From: Eledone cirrhosa
Taxonomy: Eukaryota
NCBI GenBank assembly: GCA_964016885.1
Contig: OZ024761.1
Coordinates: 4,154,001 to 4,218,000 of the forward strand
Direction: 5' to 3'
Length of the DNA: 64,000 nucleotides
The position numbers were made by a program, and so were the translations under genes. Positions 50,580-63,641 of the stretch are shown here, piece by piece. Position 1 is the first letter of the stretch; every line of letters begins with the position of its first letter. The notes beneath the pieces are model-generated. The model was not told the DNA's origin. It did no database searches and saw only the letters and a program-made list of their open reading frames with translations.

Positions 50580-51365
50580 TAAATATGTAGAAAAGGGGTT
50601 GGCATAAACTCTATAGAATGTACACAATGCAAATCTTGGGTACACAAGCGGTGTAGTGGGATAGAAAGCAAACTAACAAGAAAAGAAAACTTTGTATGTA
50701 GTAAATGTTCAGGGAAAATTGATAGTAGAAGTGTCAGTGATAGATACATTTTTCAAATGCAGGTAGAATCTATAGAGGTGGTTGATAGCTTCTGATATCT
50801 AGGTGATCAGATTATCAAGGGAAGAGAATGCTCCGAGGCCATAGTATCAAGAATAAGGACAGGATGGAAGAAGTTTAGGGAGCTGCTTCCTCTGTTGACA
50901 ATGAAGGGTTTCTCCCTGCAAATGAAAGGTCGGTTAGATGATGCCTGCGTGAGATGCTGCACGGTAGTGAGACATGGGCAGCAACTGCATAGGATATGCG
51001 AAGTGGGGAAAGAAATGAAGCAAGCACGCTTCAATGTGTGTGAACAACCAAGCATAGACGAGTTGAGAAAGAAACTGTGTATAAGAGGGATAAACTGTAG
51101 TGTGCAGGAGAGAAGACTGCATTGGTACGGACATGTGATACGCATGGAGGATGACCGCTGGGTAAAGAAGTGCCAAGAAATCCCAGTAGAAGGAAGACGC
51201 AGTCGAGGAAGACCAGGGTAAACATGGGTGGAGGTGGTAAGAGCTGACCTCAGATCACTGAAGCTCAGAGGAGATGACGAAGGACCGTGACAAATGGAGA
51301 GATGCCGTGCTGAAGATGACCCGTCCCACCCTTGCAAGCAGGAAGAAGCGGATGTAAAACGATAA
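50580..51365 (+). mobile_element. RTE family B (PHD-RT) 3' fragment, decayed
   Basis: C..C...VHKRCSG, RTGWKKFRELL, ERRLHWYGHV and RGRP. Ends CCCGTCCCACCCTTGCAAGCAGG. Confidence 0.88.
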
Positions 51366-51380
51366 TATAAATATAAAATC

Positions 51381-51640
51381 GTGTGTTCATGTGTGGAAAT
51401 GCTATGAAATAGGGTGAAGATACTTAAAGATGGAAAAAGAAGTTGTTATCAGCCATTAGGAGGAATCAAACCTAGTATGTACCAGATACTGGCTGAGAAC
51501 TATTAATCTTTAGAGTTGAAAGCATCTAGCTGGTATCTGAAAGGCCCGTGTTTGATTCCTTGTAGTGGCCAATGGTAATTTCTTATTCCATCTTTAAGGG
51601 TCTTTACCCTATTTTACAACATCTCCTCATATGAACATAC
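51381..51640. repeat. Imperfect palindromic (foldback) element
   Basis: Nested pairs: GTGTTCATGTG/CATATGAACAT, AAATAGGGT/ACCCTATTT, TTAAAGATGGAA/TTCCATCTTTAA, GGAATCAAAC/GTTTGATTCC, CAGATAC/GTATCTG. Confidence 0.75.
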
Positions 51641-52432
51641 CAACCTTTATATTAACTTTATCCTCTTAACACTTTGTAAAAGTCTGAGAAGTCAGCTCCA
51701 TACAAATGCTTGGGTGCTCACGCAGACATGCACATGAACACCTGCATGCCCCACCAATTACACCACAATACACATATACGCTCAAAATTGGGGCGATGCC
51801 TATATATATATATATATATAGTATTAAGGGTACTATTTATGGCTATGTATGCAATAAAACCTTTAATGGTAATATATTATATATACACAAACCCTAAATA
51901 GTGAGAGATAGTCGTTAATTTATGTGAGTGGTGGCATGAGCAAGGACAGTGGTACGGCCTTGCCTACGATACAATAAGGTTTATAGTATGTTGATGTTTT
52001 TGATATTTTGGTGTTTCCCCGCATCCGAGACTGTATATCATACAGATGTATGAGAATAAATGACTTAATAATTCAGCCTATATAATAAGATCGATTGCCT
52101 GCTTCAACTGCCTGACCCTGCAAATATCATTCTGACGCACTCTAAACATGTATAGATAAGACACGCGTGCATGCTGCACGGGAGATTGTTTCATACACTG
52201 ACTACTCTAAGCTTTCCTCTTGCTTTATCTTCATAGACTGCCAACGCTTCATGTTTATCTTTATTTTCACTCTTATTTTCACTCTTGCTTTTATGTTATT
52301 TTTATCCTGTAACCTTTATATGTAAATTGCCATGCTATATCATTTGATGAATGTCACCCACTGTTGATCAATATGCGCATATGTTTTATGTGTCTCTTGG
52401 GTTGTAAAGGAGGTCAAGTATGTTATAAATAG

Positions 52433-52481
52433 TTGCTCCGAAGAATCCAAACCTCGGTTTGGAGGAAACAATTGTAAGCAA
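52433..52481 (+). ncRNA. Hammerhead-like motif with a CCGAAGA core variant
   Basis: TTGCT-CCGAAGA-A-TCCAAACC(TC)GGTTTGGA-G-GAAAC-AATT-GTA-AGCAA. Confidence 0.6.
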
Positions 52482-52511
52482 ATAAATGACTTAAACTGAA
52501 CTTTGATTACT

Positions 52512-52613
<102 letters not shown>

Positions 52614-52797
52614 CCCTGCCCACATACCACAACAAAAATACATTTTTTGTCACATCACCAGCCTGTCAAGCAGATTGATACTGGAGTCACATCCATAACT
52701 CCTATGAGTCACTTTGAGCCAATCCCCTGCAAAACACGCATACCAGGTCAATACACAATAAATATTTTTCATATGTAAACAAAACTCCCTCGTCTTT

Positions 52798-52841
<44 letters not shown>

Positions 52842-52843
<2 letters not shown>

Positions 52844-55800
52844 CAACGGATTGGGTGGTGTAGGAATTATGTTAGCTGAAAAATGGGTAGATAAGGCAAT
52901 TGACGTAAATAGAGTGAATGACAGAATAATTAAAATAAGACTAGTTCTAAATAGAACTACTGTGACAATAATATCCACTTATGCACCCCAATCTGGTCTA
53001 CTTGACGTTATAAAGGACAGGTTCTATGAGCTGCTAATGCACACTACCTCCCAAATAACCAACAGCGACTACTTAGTTATTGCTGGCGATCTAAACGATC
53101 ACGTTGGACAACATAGTGATGGCTATGATGGAATCCATGGAGGCTATGGGGTTGGAAATAGAAATGAGGAGGGCTTCAGAATCCTGGAATTCTGTGATGC
53201 TAATATCCTATCAACTTCAAAAACGAGAAAACCACTTGATCACCTATAGATCAGGGGAACACGCCAGCCAGATAGATTATATCCTTACTAGAAGACGGGA
53301 CAAAGTGTCTGTTGTAAACACTAAATCCCTCCCCCGTGAAGAATGCACCTCCCAATATAGCCTAATAGTTAGTGACCTCACAGTCAGGAATAGACGTACT
53401 TGACGACAGAGGAGGCCTACCATGAGGAGAAGAATATGGAAGTTGAAGGACCCCATAGCCAGTGAACAATTTAAAAGCTTATTACTTGATGCCTTTGACA
53501 ATAAGGAAGAGCAATTAGAGACATGCAATATAGAGGAACAGTGGCAATTCTTGAAAGTGAACCTGCTGAAAGCAACGGATAAAATCTGTGGCTGGAGCAG
53601 ACCTATTGGCAGGTGGAGAGTAACTTGGTGGTGGAACAGTAAGGTAGAAGAGACAATCAAGGCCAAAAAGCAGGCTTGGAAAGTATGGCAGGATGGGGGA
53701 AGTAGAGAGCACTATCAAGTGGCCAGGAGAGAAGCTAGGAGACAAGTGTACCTTGCAAAAAGGGAAGCAGAGGATAGAAAGTTCAAGCATGTTCTACAAC
53801 GTGAGGTGTTCAGGTTTTCTAGACAATGTGTCAAGAAAAACTGTGATATTGTCGGGGAGAAGTGTGTCTGTAATGATAACAGTGTACTTGCCCTCACTGA
53901 TGCTGATAAGAAGATAGCCTGGAAGTGTCACTACGAGAGACTATTAAATGAGGAGAATAAGTGGGAAAAAGATAGTCTGCCCCAAATCAATCCAATAGAA
54001 GGACCAGCGGTGCAAGTTAAAGATAGTATAATAAGTAAGGCAATCAAAGATATGAAGTCAGGCAAGGCAGCTGGGCCTTCGGAGATAGTTGCTGAGATGT
54101 TGAAGGCATCTGGAATGGTGGGACACACTATGGTCACCCGTATAGTTAACCAAGTAATACAGAATGGGGTCATACCAAAGGACTGGCGTAGCAGCATCAT
54201 CATTAACTGCTACAAGGGTAAAGGGGATGCTCTAAATAGGGAAACTATAGAGGCATTAAGTTAGTTGACCAGGTCATGAAGGTCACGCGCAACTAATCAG
54301 AGAGCGAATTGATATAGATGCTCTTTTCCTTGTACGACAACTACAGGAGAAGTACCTAGCTAAAAGTAAACCCCTCTACTTAGCTTTTACAAAGCCTTTA
54401 ACAGAGTCCCCCACTCTTAGAAAACTAGGTGTAGATGAATGGCTTGTGAGAGCTATACAAGCCATGTATAAAGAAACAGTCAGTAAGGTTAGAATTAACA
54501 ATGAATATTGTGAAGAATTTAGTGTAAAAGTTGGTGTTCACCAAGGCTCTGTCCTTAGCCTCCTCCTATTTATTATTGCCCTTCAGGCTATAACAGAGGA
54601 GTTCAAGACCGGCTGCCCATGGGAACTCCTATACGCAGATGATCTAACGCCCATAGCTGAATCAATGGCTGAACTAGAGAAGAAGTTCCAAACATGGAAG
54701 CATGGCTTAGAATCAAAATGCCTTAGAGTTAACTTGTCTAAGACTAAAGTTCTAGTTTGTAGAAAGTAAAATAGGACACAGGTGCCCTCAGGGAAATGGC
54801 CATGCTCAGTGTGTAAGAAAGGAGTAGGCAGAAATTCCATTTTATGTCCCAAATGCAAAGTATGGGTACATAAAAGATATAGTGGGATCACAGGTAAACT
54901 ATCTAAGAACGTAGACTTTATATGTGGCTGATGCTCAGGTGCAATAAGTAGCAAGTGTCCACAGGATACTAGCTCCTTCTATTGCCCAGATGGTTCTATA
55001 GAAATAGTGGACACTTTCCGTTACCTGGGTGACGAAATCAGCAGTGGTAGAGGGTGTTCTGAAAGTACAGTAGCCAGAGTCAGAACGGGATGGATAAAGT
55101 TCAGAGAGCTTATACCGCTGTTGGCCACAAAAGGTTTCTCTCTAAAAATGAAAGGCAGATTGTATGATGCCTGTATACGAACAGCAATGTTACATGGCAG
55201 TGAGACATGAGCATTGCGTGCAGAGGACCTGCACAGACTGGAAAGGAACGAAGCATGCATGCTCCGTTGGATGTGTAATAGTAATATACGTGAACAGCAA
55301 AGCATAAATGAACTAAGTGAGAAATTAGGAATAAGAGGGATCAGATGCTGTTTACTTGAGAGAAGACTACGTTGGTATGGCCACATAATGCGCATGAAAG
55401 ATGACAGCTGTATAAACAAGTGCAGGGCGATCAAAATTGATTGTAGTTATGGAGTAGGTAGACCCAGAAAAACCTGGGACGATCTGATAAATTCCGACCT
55501 TACACACTTGCACCTCTCTAAGACAATGTCACTGGACCAAGATCTTTGGCGCTACGCAGTAATACAGAAGACTCGCCTTGCCTATGTACAAAGCAAAACC
55601 TAGTCAGTAGGCACCTCTTAACCAAATATACACCCCAATCCACTACCCCTACCCTATCCTCCCACTCCCACCAACACCACCCTCTCTCTCTCTCTCTGTA
55701 AAGTTGGTACCACAACATCCAGTCCAAATAAATGAGATAATGAGATCGAGATCGTGTAGGTGTCACGACAAAAAAACACACAGTCCACGGTGTAATGTGG

Positions 55801-56007
55801 CCATGTAGGTAACACAGTAAAAAGTTCCCAGTTCCACACTGTAAATATGGTTGGTGTTAGGAAGGGCATCCAGCCGTAGAAAACCTGCCAGATCGTCCTA
55901 TATGAGCGAGACACAGTTACTCGACCAACCTTGCCTCAAGTGGGACAACTCCCGTCTAACCCATGCTAGCGTGGAGGATGGACCTTAAACGAAGATGATG
56001 ATGATGA
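52842..56007 (+). mobile_element. RTE family A (PHD-RT), longest copy with APE endonuclease, decayed
   Basis: GGVGIML, YAPQ, GDLN.HVG and SQIDYIL (APE), then RT with YADD and a decayed finger. Has stops and deletions, a (GAT)n tail and (TA)n flanks. Confidence 0.95.
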
Positions 56008-56030
56008 TATATATCTATATATATATATAT

Positions 56031-56366
56031 ATCATCATCATCATTTCATTTTACGTCCGCTTTTTCCCTGCTTGCAAGGGTGGGATGGGAACTGATTTTG
56101 GCTGGATTTCTACAGCTGGATGCCCTTCCTAACACCAACCTCATTTACAGTGAGTGCTGGTGCTTTTTTTGCCATGGCACCTCCACGACCACTTTGCAGT
56201 GGAATGATATGGACCCCAGTCCCTATCATCTCATTTCTAGAGCTGAGTAAACTGGAGCAATGTGAAATAAAGTGTCTAGCTCAAGGAAACAACACATCAC
56301 CCGGTCTGAGAATTGAACTCACAACTTTTCGATTGCAAGCCCAATGCTCTAACCATTAAGCCATGG
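56031..56366 (-). mobile_element. SINE family 1
   Basis: Reverse complement of 22982-23320. Confidence 0.92.
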
Positions 56367-56403
56367 AAGTATTCTTTGTTTAGAAACAGCTAGCGAATTT
56401 GAA

Positions 56404-56937
56404 AATTAGGTAGTAACATGTGCTTACGCCGTATTTGACTAAATAGAATTAGTCTGTTAGTGGGATTTTTTAAAAAACCCTCTGAATGGGACAGGAACAC
56501 ACATCTTTGGTTTGCAGGACCAATGTGTTACCATTACACCAACACGACACCCATGCTTCTTTCCATTCAATTAGAACCTATATAACCATAGCAGGTATAT
56601 ATATATATATGGTTACGCCGTATTTGACTAAATAACAGCATAAGCACCTAATTTTTAAATTCACTAACTGTTTGTGAACAAAGCCTGCTTGTGTCTCCCT
56701 ATTTATATACATATATATACCTGCTATGGTTATATAGCTTCTAATTGAATGGAAGGGAGCATGGGTGGGGTGTTGGTGTAATGGTAACACATTGGTCCGG
56801 CAAACCAAAGATGTGGGTTCATGTCTCATGTACGTCAAAACTCATCCTTTTTTCCATTCAGAGGTTTTTTTTTTAAATCCCAACTAACCCACTAATTCTA
56901 TTTAGTCAAATACGGCGTAACCACGTGTTACTACTTA

Positions 56938-56941
<4 letters not shown>
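56404..56941. repeat. Inverted repeat (~200-bp arms) with a tRNA-like segment in each arm
   Basis: 56404-56608 pairs with 56711-56941. Each arm contains GGTGTAATGGTAACACATTGGT...ACCAAAGATGTG.GTTC. Confidence 0.85.
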
Positions 56942-56974
<33 letters not shown>

Positions 56975-57329
56975 TCTCTGTGTGTGTGTGTGTATATATG
57001 TGTGTGTGTGTGTGTATGTATCTATATATCTACTTACATCATCATGATTGTTTAAAGAGGACTTTCCATACTTGTATGGGTTAGACAGGCTGTCACATTA
57101 CGAGACAGGTCAGGTCACCATGTCTTACAAATACAAATCTGTATTTTGCCGTATACACACAGATACATTAACAAACAGATGATTGTGTGTTTATATAGAC
57201 ACGGCTGGTGTGGTGACCCAAGCTGTGTCTTGTCTGGCAGAAGGTAACACACATCAATAACGTATAAATGTAAAGGACCAAAATAAATGCTGGGTTTCAT
57301 TAAAAAGAAAAAAAAAAAAGGTAATTGCC

Positions 57330-57720
57330 GGTAAGAGTAAATTTACTGGGGTGCAGTGCCTCTCTCTCCATGCTGATTCTCCTTCTAAAGTGGTACTTAA
57401 AGAAGGGAATCAATTATTGTCCGGAGAGAAAGGCATCTGTCCTCAGTCCTCTCAACCTCGTCCACCATATAACTTCTTTCACCATAGCCACCGTACATAG
57501 GAAAACCGCCTCTCTTTCGTTTTTGAAAGAGGCTGGCGGTTTGATCCTTACTATGGACTCGGCAGTCAACTGGATTTGTCCCATACGCGACAGCAGTTGT
57601 TCTGCATAGTTCCACAGGTCGGTTACACCCGGGCAGTGTACAATTGCGTGCAGGACTGTTTCAATGTCCTGCGCGCATCTTGGACACGTCCTCTTGGAAG
57701 GATCCCTGCCGGAGCCAGGT
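57330..57720 (-). mobile_element. Tx1/L1-clade LINE C-terminal fragment
   Basis: CPRCAQDIETVLHAIVHCP zinc knuckle. Closely matches 4283-4468. Confidence 0.85.
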
Positions 57721-57835
57721 AAATATATAGACAACAGAAAGAAGGGGCTGGTGAATTGATATAGCGATGTCTGTTGCATCCCTTTAGTGCTTACTGGCTA
57801 CATAACCTATTCGAAAAAAGAAAGAAAACCCTGAA

Positions 57836-58576
57836 AGTAGTGCCCCAACATGGTCATAGACCAATGGCGGTGCCCCAGCAAGGCCATAGACCAATGGCGG
57901 TGCTCCGGCATGGCCATAGACCATTGGCGGTGCCCCGGCAAGGCCATAGGCCAATGGTGGTGCTCCAGCAAGGCCATAGGCCAATGGTTGTGCTCCAGCA
58001 TGGCCATAGGCCAATGGCGGTGCTCCAGCATGGCCATAGACCAATAGCGGTGCCCCAGCAAGGCCATAGGCCAATGGCGGTGCCCCAGCAAGGCCATAGG
58101 CCAATGGTGGTGCTCCAGCATGGCCATAGGCCAATGGTGGTGCTCCAGCAAGGCCATAGGCCAATGGCGGTGCTCCAGCAAGGCCATAGGCCAATGGCGG
58201 TGCTCCAGCAAGGCCATAGGCCAATGGTGGTGCCCCAGCAAGGCCATAGGCCAATGGTGGTGCTCCAGCATGGCCATAGGCCAATGGTGGTGCTCCAGCA
58301 AGACCATAGGCCAATGGTGGTGCTCCAGCATGGCCATAGGCCAATGGTGGTGCTCCAGCAAGGCCATAGACCAATGGTGGTGCTCCAGCAAGGCCATAGA
58401 CCAATGGTGGTGCTCCAGCAAGGCCATAGGCCAATGGTGGTGCTCCAGCAAGGCCATAGACCAATGGTGGTGCTCCAGCAACGCCATAGACCAATGGTGG
58501 TGCTCCAGCAACGCCATAGACCAATGGTGGTGCTCCAGCAAGGCCATAGGCCAATGGTGGTGCTCCAGCATGGCCT
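57836..58576. repeat. 30-bp minisatellite (CCAATGGTGGTGCTCCAGCAAGGCCATAG(A/G)), ~24 copies
   Basis: Directly visible. Shares GTGC(C/T)CCAGCATGGCCA with 48433-48612. Confidence 0.96.
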
Positions 58577-58702
58577 CAGCCTGTCAGAACAAGTACCTCT
58601 ATATCATGCCTATTGTTCAATCAATTATTGATCTCTGATACGTAAACAATATTGATTTCTAAACTGTTACATATTTCATGAAATGATTTCTTTTATTCTG
58701 TA

Positions 58703-58925
58703 ACTGTGGCCATGCTGGGGCACTATACTGTCATTAGACTGTGGCCATGCTGGAGCACTGCACTGGTTTCAGTCATTAGACTGTGGCCATGCTGGAGCAC
58801 TGCACTGGTTTCAGTCATTAGACTATGGCCATACTGGAGCACTGCACTGGTTTCAGTCATTAGACTATGGCCATACTGGAGCACTGCACTGGTTTCAGTC
58901 ATTCAACTGTGGCCATGCTTGGGTA
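58703..58925 (-). repeat. 42-bp tandem of the SINE-tail-like motif
   Basis: CTGTGGCCATGCTGGAGCACTGCACTGGTTTCAGTCATTAGA, about 5 copies. Confidence 0.9.
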
Positions 58926-59311
58926 CCGCCTTAATCCTTTATATTGATACTGCTTTTATTTAGTTGATCATGTCAACCATCGTACTTATTTTACATTATT
59001 TAGTCAATTCAAAGCGACCATGCTGGGGCACTGCCATGATAACAAGAAAAACTAGTATATGATGACAGGGACCATAGATAATTCCTCAGACAACCGGGGA
59101 GGGAGCTGATATCACCCTAGTGTGGCAGGTGGCACTGTATGACTGCCACAACAAACTGGTCCTAGAAGAGATGGTCACGTCATCAGTCTACAACCTCTGT
59201 CTGACATCCTTGAGGGGTACAACAATGGCAGGAGATTGAGAGGAAGACCAAGGAGACACTGAAGTGATGACATCAGAGAAGAATACTGGTGGAGTTCACG
59301 GTGAGGGTCTC

Positions 59312-60812
59312 AGTGGAGAGTATTGGGGCAATTGTCTATAGTGCCAGATCCTTAGTAATGGTAAGGCAGAGGACCCAATGGAGAGTATGGGGCAATTGTC
59401 TATGGTGCCAGACCCTCAATAATGGTAAGGGAGGGGACCCAATGGAGAGTATTGGGCAATTGTCTATGGTGCCAGATCCTTAGTAATGGTAAGGGAGAGG
59501 ACCCAATGGAGAGTATTGGGCAATTGTCTATGGTGCCAGACCCTTAGTAATGGTAAGGGAGAGGACTCAATGGAGAGTATTGGGCAATTGTCTATGGTGC
59601 CAGACCCTTAGTAATGGTAAGGGAGAGGACCCAATGGAGAGTATTGGGCAATTGTCTATGGTGCCAGACCCTTAGTAATGGTAAGGGAGAGGACTCAATG
59701 GAGAGTATTGGGCAATTGTCTATGGTGCCAGACCCTTAGTAATGGTAAGGGAGAGGACCCAATGGAGAGTATTGGGGCAATTGTCTATGGTGCCAGACCC
59801 TCAGTAATGGTAAGGGAGAGGACCCAATGGAGAGTATTGGGCAATTGTCTATGGTGCCAGACCCTTAGTAATGGTAAGGGAGAGGACTCAATGGAGAGTA
59901 TTGGGCAATTGTCTATGGTGCCAGACCCTTAGTAATGGTAAGGGAGAGGACTCAATGGAGAGTATTGGGGCAATTGTCTATGGTGCCAGATCCTTAGTAA
60001 TGGTAAGGGAGAGGACTCAATGGAGAGTATTGGGGCAATTGTCTATGGTACCAGACCCTTAGTAATGGTAAGGGAGAGGACCCAATAGAGAGTATTAGGG
60101 CAATTGTCTATGGTACCAGACCCTTAGTAATGGTAAGGGGAGGACCCAATGGAGAGTATTGGGGCAATTGTCTATGGTACCAGACCCTTAGTAATGGTAA
60201 GGGAGAGGACCCAATGGAGAGTATTGGGGCAATTGTCTATGGTACCAGACCCTCAGTAATGGTAAGGGAGAGGACCCAATGGAGAGTATTGGGGCAATTG
60301 TCTATGGTGCCAGATCCTCAGTAATGGTAAGGGAGAGGACCCAATGGAGAGTATTGGGGCAATTGTCTATGGTACCAGACCCTCAGTAATGGTAAGGGAG
60401 AGGACCCAATGGAGAGTATTGGGGCAATTGTCTATGGTGCCAGACCCTCAGTAATGGTAAGGGAGGAGACCCAATGGAGAGTATTGGGGCAATTGTCTAT
60501 GGTACCAGATCCTTAGTAATGGTAAGGGAGAGGACCCAATGGAGAGTATTGGGGCAATTGTCTATGGTGCCAGACCCTCAGTAATGGTAAGGGAGGGGAC
60601 CCAATGGAGAGTATTGGGGCAACTGTCTATGGTGCCAGATCCTCAGTAATGGTAAGGGAGAGGACCTAATGGAGAGTATTGGGGCAATTGTCTATGGTGC
60701 CAGACCCTCAGTAATGGTAAGGGAGAGGACCTAATGGAGAGTATTGGGGCAATTGTCTATGGTGCCAGACCCTCAGTAATGGTAAGGGAGAGGACCCAAT
60801 GGAGAGTATTGG
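59312..60812 (+). repeat. 64/65-bp minisatellite (~23 copies) from an RTE-like 3' end
   Basis: Unit GGAGAGTATTGGGGCAATTGTCTATGGTGCCAGACCCTCAGTAATGGTAAGGGAGAGGACCCAAT, preceded by a decayed GHV...RGRP-like region at 59170-59310. Confidence 0.95.
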
Positions 60813-60870
60813 AGCAACGAGGATGGGAAAAGAAGATATAAAGAAAATGATATTTAGTTGAAATACATAC

Positions 60871-61057
60871 GTAGCTTCATTAATCTGTTCTTGGATTCTT
60901 TCTGTGACTGCATTAGAGTTAGATTTGGTGAGTTTCTCCTTCAACTCGGCTATGGTGGCTCTGTAGCCTGTTACATTGTTGAATACAAGAACATGTCTGT
61001 CTCCAATAGAGACAAAATATTTAGAGTTATGTTCAAACCGAAGTCCTACTATGGGAC
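60871..61057 (-). CDS. TBL2: Internal coding exon of a transducin beta-like 2 (TBL2)-like WD40 protein
   Basis: Acceptor TTTGTTTGTTTGCAG| and donor |GTATGT, 187 nt. Peptide GPIVGLRFEHNSKYFVSIGDRHVLVFNNVTGYRATIAELKEKLTKSNSNAVTERIQEQINEA matches, from memory, the last WD repeat (GDR..V..F.N..G.RA) and coiled coil of TBL2. Confidence 0.8.
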
Positions 61058-61129
61058 CTGCAAACAAACAAATAAATAGATAAAACAAAGAAAAAGGAAG
61101 GAAGGCAAAACACATATACACATCATCAT

Positions 61130-61271
61130 CATTTCTACAGCTGAGTAAACTGTAGCAATGTGAAATAAAGTGTCTTGCTCACGGACACAACACATCACCC
61201 GGTCCGAGCATTGAACTCACAACCTTTTGATTGCAAGCCCATTGCTCTAACCACTAAGCTATGTGCCTCCA
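61130..61271 (-). mobile_element. SINE family 1, 5' half
   Basis: tRNA head and central core only. Confidence 0.85.
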
Positions 61272-61467
61272 TATATATATATTAAGATTGGTGCTCTGAA
61301 ACAGCGATGTATACATGAATGTATGTACAGTATATTTGGCAATATACCGTATGTTTAATTAAAAACATTTAGAAGGCCATTAAGGTCTTCTAAATGTTTT
61401 TAATTAAACATACAGTATATTGCCAAATATTTGTACATACATACATGTATATATATATATACATATA

Positions 61468-62761
61468 TCATCATCATCATCATTTTATGTCCGCTCTTCC
61501 CTGCTTGCAAGGGTGGGACGAGTCTTATTCAGCACAGCATCTCTCCACTCGTCACGGTCCTTCGTCATCTCCACCGTGAACTTCAGAGATCTGAGGTCTG
61601 TTCTCACCACCTCCGCCCATGTTTTCTGTGGTCTACCTCTACCACGTCTTCCTTCAACTGGCATTTCCTGGCACTTCTTCACCCATCGGTCATCCTCCAT
61701 GCGCATCACATGTCCATACCACCTCAGTCTCCTCTCCCGTACACTACATTCTATCCCTCTCAGGCACAGTTTCTCTCTCAACACATTCATGCTGGGTCGT
61801 TCACTCACATTGACACTGCACATCCAACGGAGCATGCTTGCCTCATTTCTCTCCAGCCATCACATATCCTCTGCAGTTGCTGCCCATGTCTCACTACCAT
61901 GCAGCATCGCGCTCCTCACACAGGCATCATATAACCGGCCTTTCGTACGCAGGGAGAAACCCTTCTTCGTCAGCAGAGGAAGCAGCTCCCTAAACTTCTT
62001 CCAACCCGTCCTTATTCTAGATACTATGGCCTCGGCACTCCCCCTCCCATGCTAATCTGATCTAGTTATCCACCACTTCTATAGCACCCACCTGCATTTG
62101 AAAAATGTGTCTCACAATGCGACTTCTACTGTCTAATTTTCCTGTACATCTACTGCATACGTATTTCTCCCTACCTGTTAGTTTGCCTGCTATCCCGCTA
62201 CATCTCTTGTGTACCCAGGATCTGCCTTGTGTGCATTTTATAGAATTTATGCCAGATCTTTTTCTGCATATCGAACATGGCCATTTCCCTGACGGAATCA
62301 GAGTTTTGTCCTCTTTTCTACTCATCAACACTTTTGTCTTAGCTAGGTTCACTCTCAGTCCTCTTGCTTCCAACTGCTGTTTCCATAGCCAGAATTTATT
62401 CTCTAGCTCCTCTACTGATTCTGCTATAAGAACCACATCGTCAGCATAGAGAAGTTCCCATGGACAGCCAGTCTTAAACTCCTCTGTTATGGCTTGGAGG
62501 ACTATAATGAACAAGAGCGGGCTGAGGACCGAACCTTGATGTACTCCTACTTGTATCTGGAATTCCTCACTAAATTCCATTCCTACCCTGACTTTACTGA
62601 CAGTACCTCTGTACAAAGTTTGCAGTCCTCACAAGCCATTCCTCAACACCTAGTTTCCTTAGGGACCACCAGATGACAGAGAAGGGTACCCTATCAAAGC
62701 CTTCTCTAGGTCAACAAAGGCTAAGTATAGTGGGTTATTTTTCTCTAAGAACCTCTCTAGT
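61468..62761 (-). mobile_element. RTE family B (PHD-RT), 5'-truncated
   Basis: GVHQGSVLSP, YADD, WPCSIC...WVHKRC...CSRC and ERRLRWYGHV. The ORF runs almost to the (GAT)n tail. (TA)n on both flanks. Confidence 0.94.
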
Positions 62762-63029
62762 AATATATATATATATATATATATTCACATACACACATGT
62801 ACATCTAATATATATATATGCATCAACATTTCAAAGCCCTACGAAATAAAATTAACACACATATATATCTACTACATTTCCAAAACCCTATGTATATATA
62901 TAAACAACTACATACATATATACACAACTACATACATATATAAACACACACACAATACATATATACACACATGTACATCTAATATAAATATACATCAACA
63001 TATCAAAACCTTATGCTAAAGCTCACAAA

Positions 63030-63136
63030 GTAGATGACGAAGGACCATGACAAATGGAGAGATGCTGTGCTGAAGAGGACCCATCCCACCCTTGCAAGCA
63101 GGGAAAAGCGCACATGAAATGATGATGATGATGATG
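63030..63136 (+). mobile_element. RTE family B 3' tip
   Basis: Matches 51273-51360 and ends in (GAT)n. Confidence 0.8.
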
Positions 63137-63158
63137 AGCACTTTCTTTATTATATATA

Positions 63159-63641
63159 CTAGCAGAAAAACCACCCTTCGGGTGATTTTCTCCTGGCATG
63201 TGTAGTGTGTATATTGATATTATACGCAAGTATATATACATGTAGATATGATACATCAAATAAAATCGTAATTGACAATATATAATACATAGAAATTGAT
63301 CGAAGACTGCGTTACACTGTCTTATGTAATCAGTAACGTAATCCAAGATACATTAAAAAAAGACGACATTATATATAAACTGCATTAGGAGAAAATTAGT
63401 GGCGGAAATATATGAATGTTTATTTAAGCGATTGTTAACCGGAAGTGTTGACATTTGAAAATTTTAAAGAAGTGAATCTTTAAATAAGTAATAAAATATA
63501 TTTAATGAACAACCACGAAATTTAGTAGATAAATTATGTAATATTCATTCATTATTTATTCAAAGTAATCCAATTTATTTTACTAAGGGGATCAAAAATT
63601 ATAAACCGTACACAGTGCTGCGCTTCTTACTTTATTATAGT
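63159..63641 (-). mobile_element. Non-autonomous Helitron-like element
   Basis: Homolog of 21623-22093, with (TA)n flanks. Confidence 0.65.

Noticed and set aside
57774-58638. YGLAGAPPL and His-rich repeat ORFs resembling cuticle, suckerin or beak proteins
   Set aside because: A 30-bp repeat open in several frames on both strands, sharing its core with non-coding repeats elsewhere, intronic, with no signal peptide.
60708-61121. 137-aa single-exon ORF
   Set aside because: Only 60871-61057 is exon. The flanks are a polypyrimidine tract and minisatellite.
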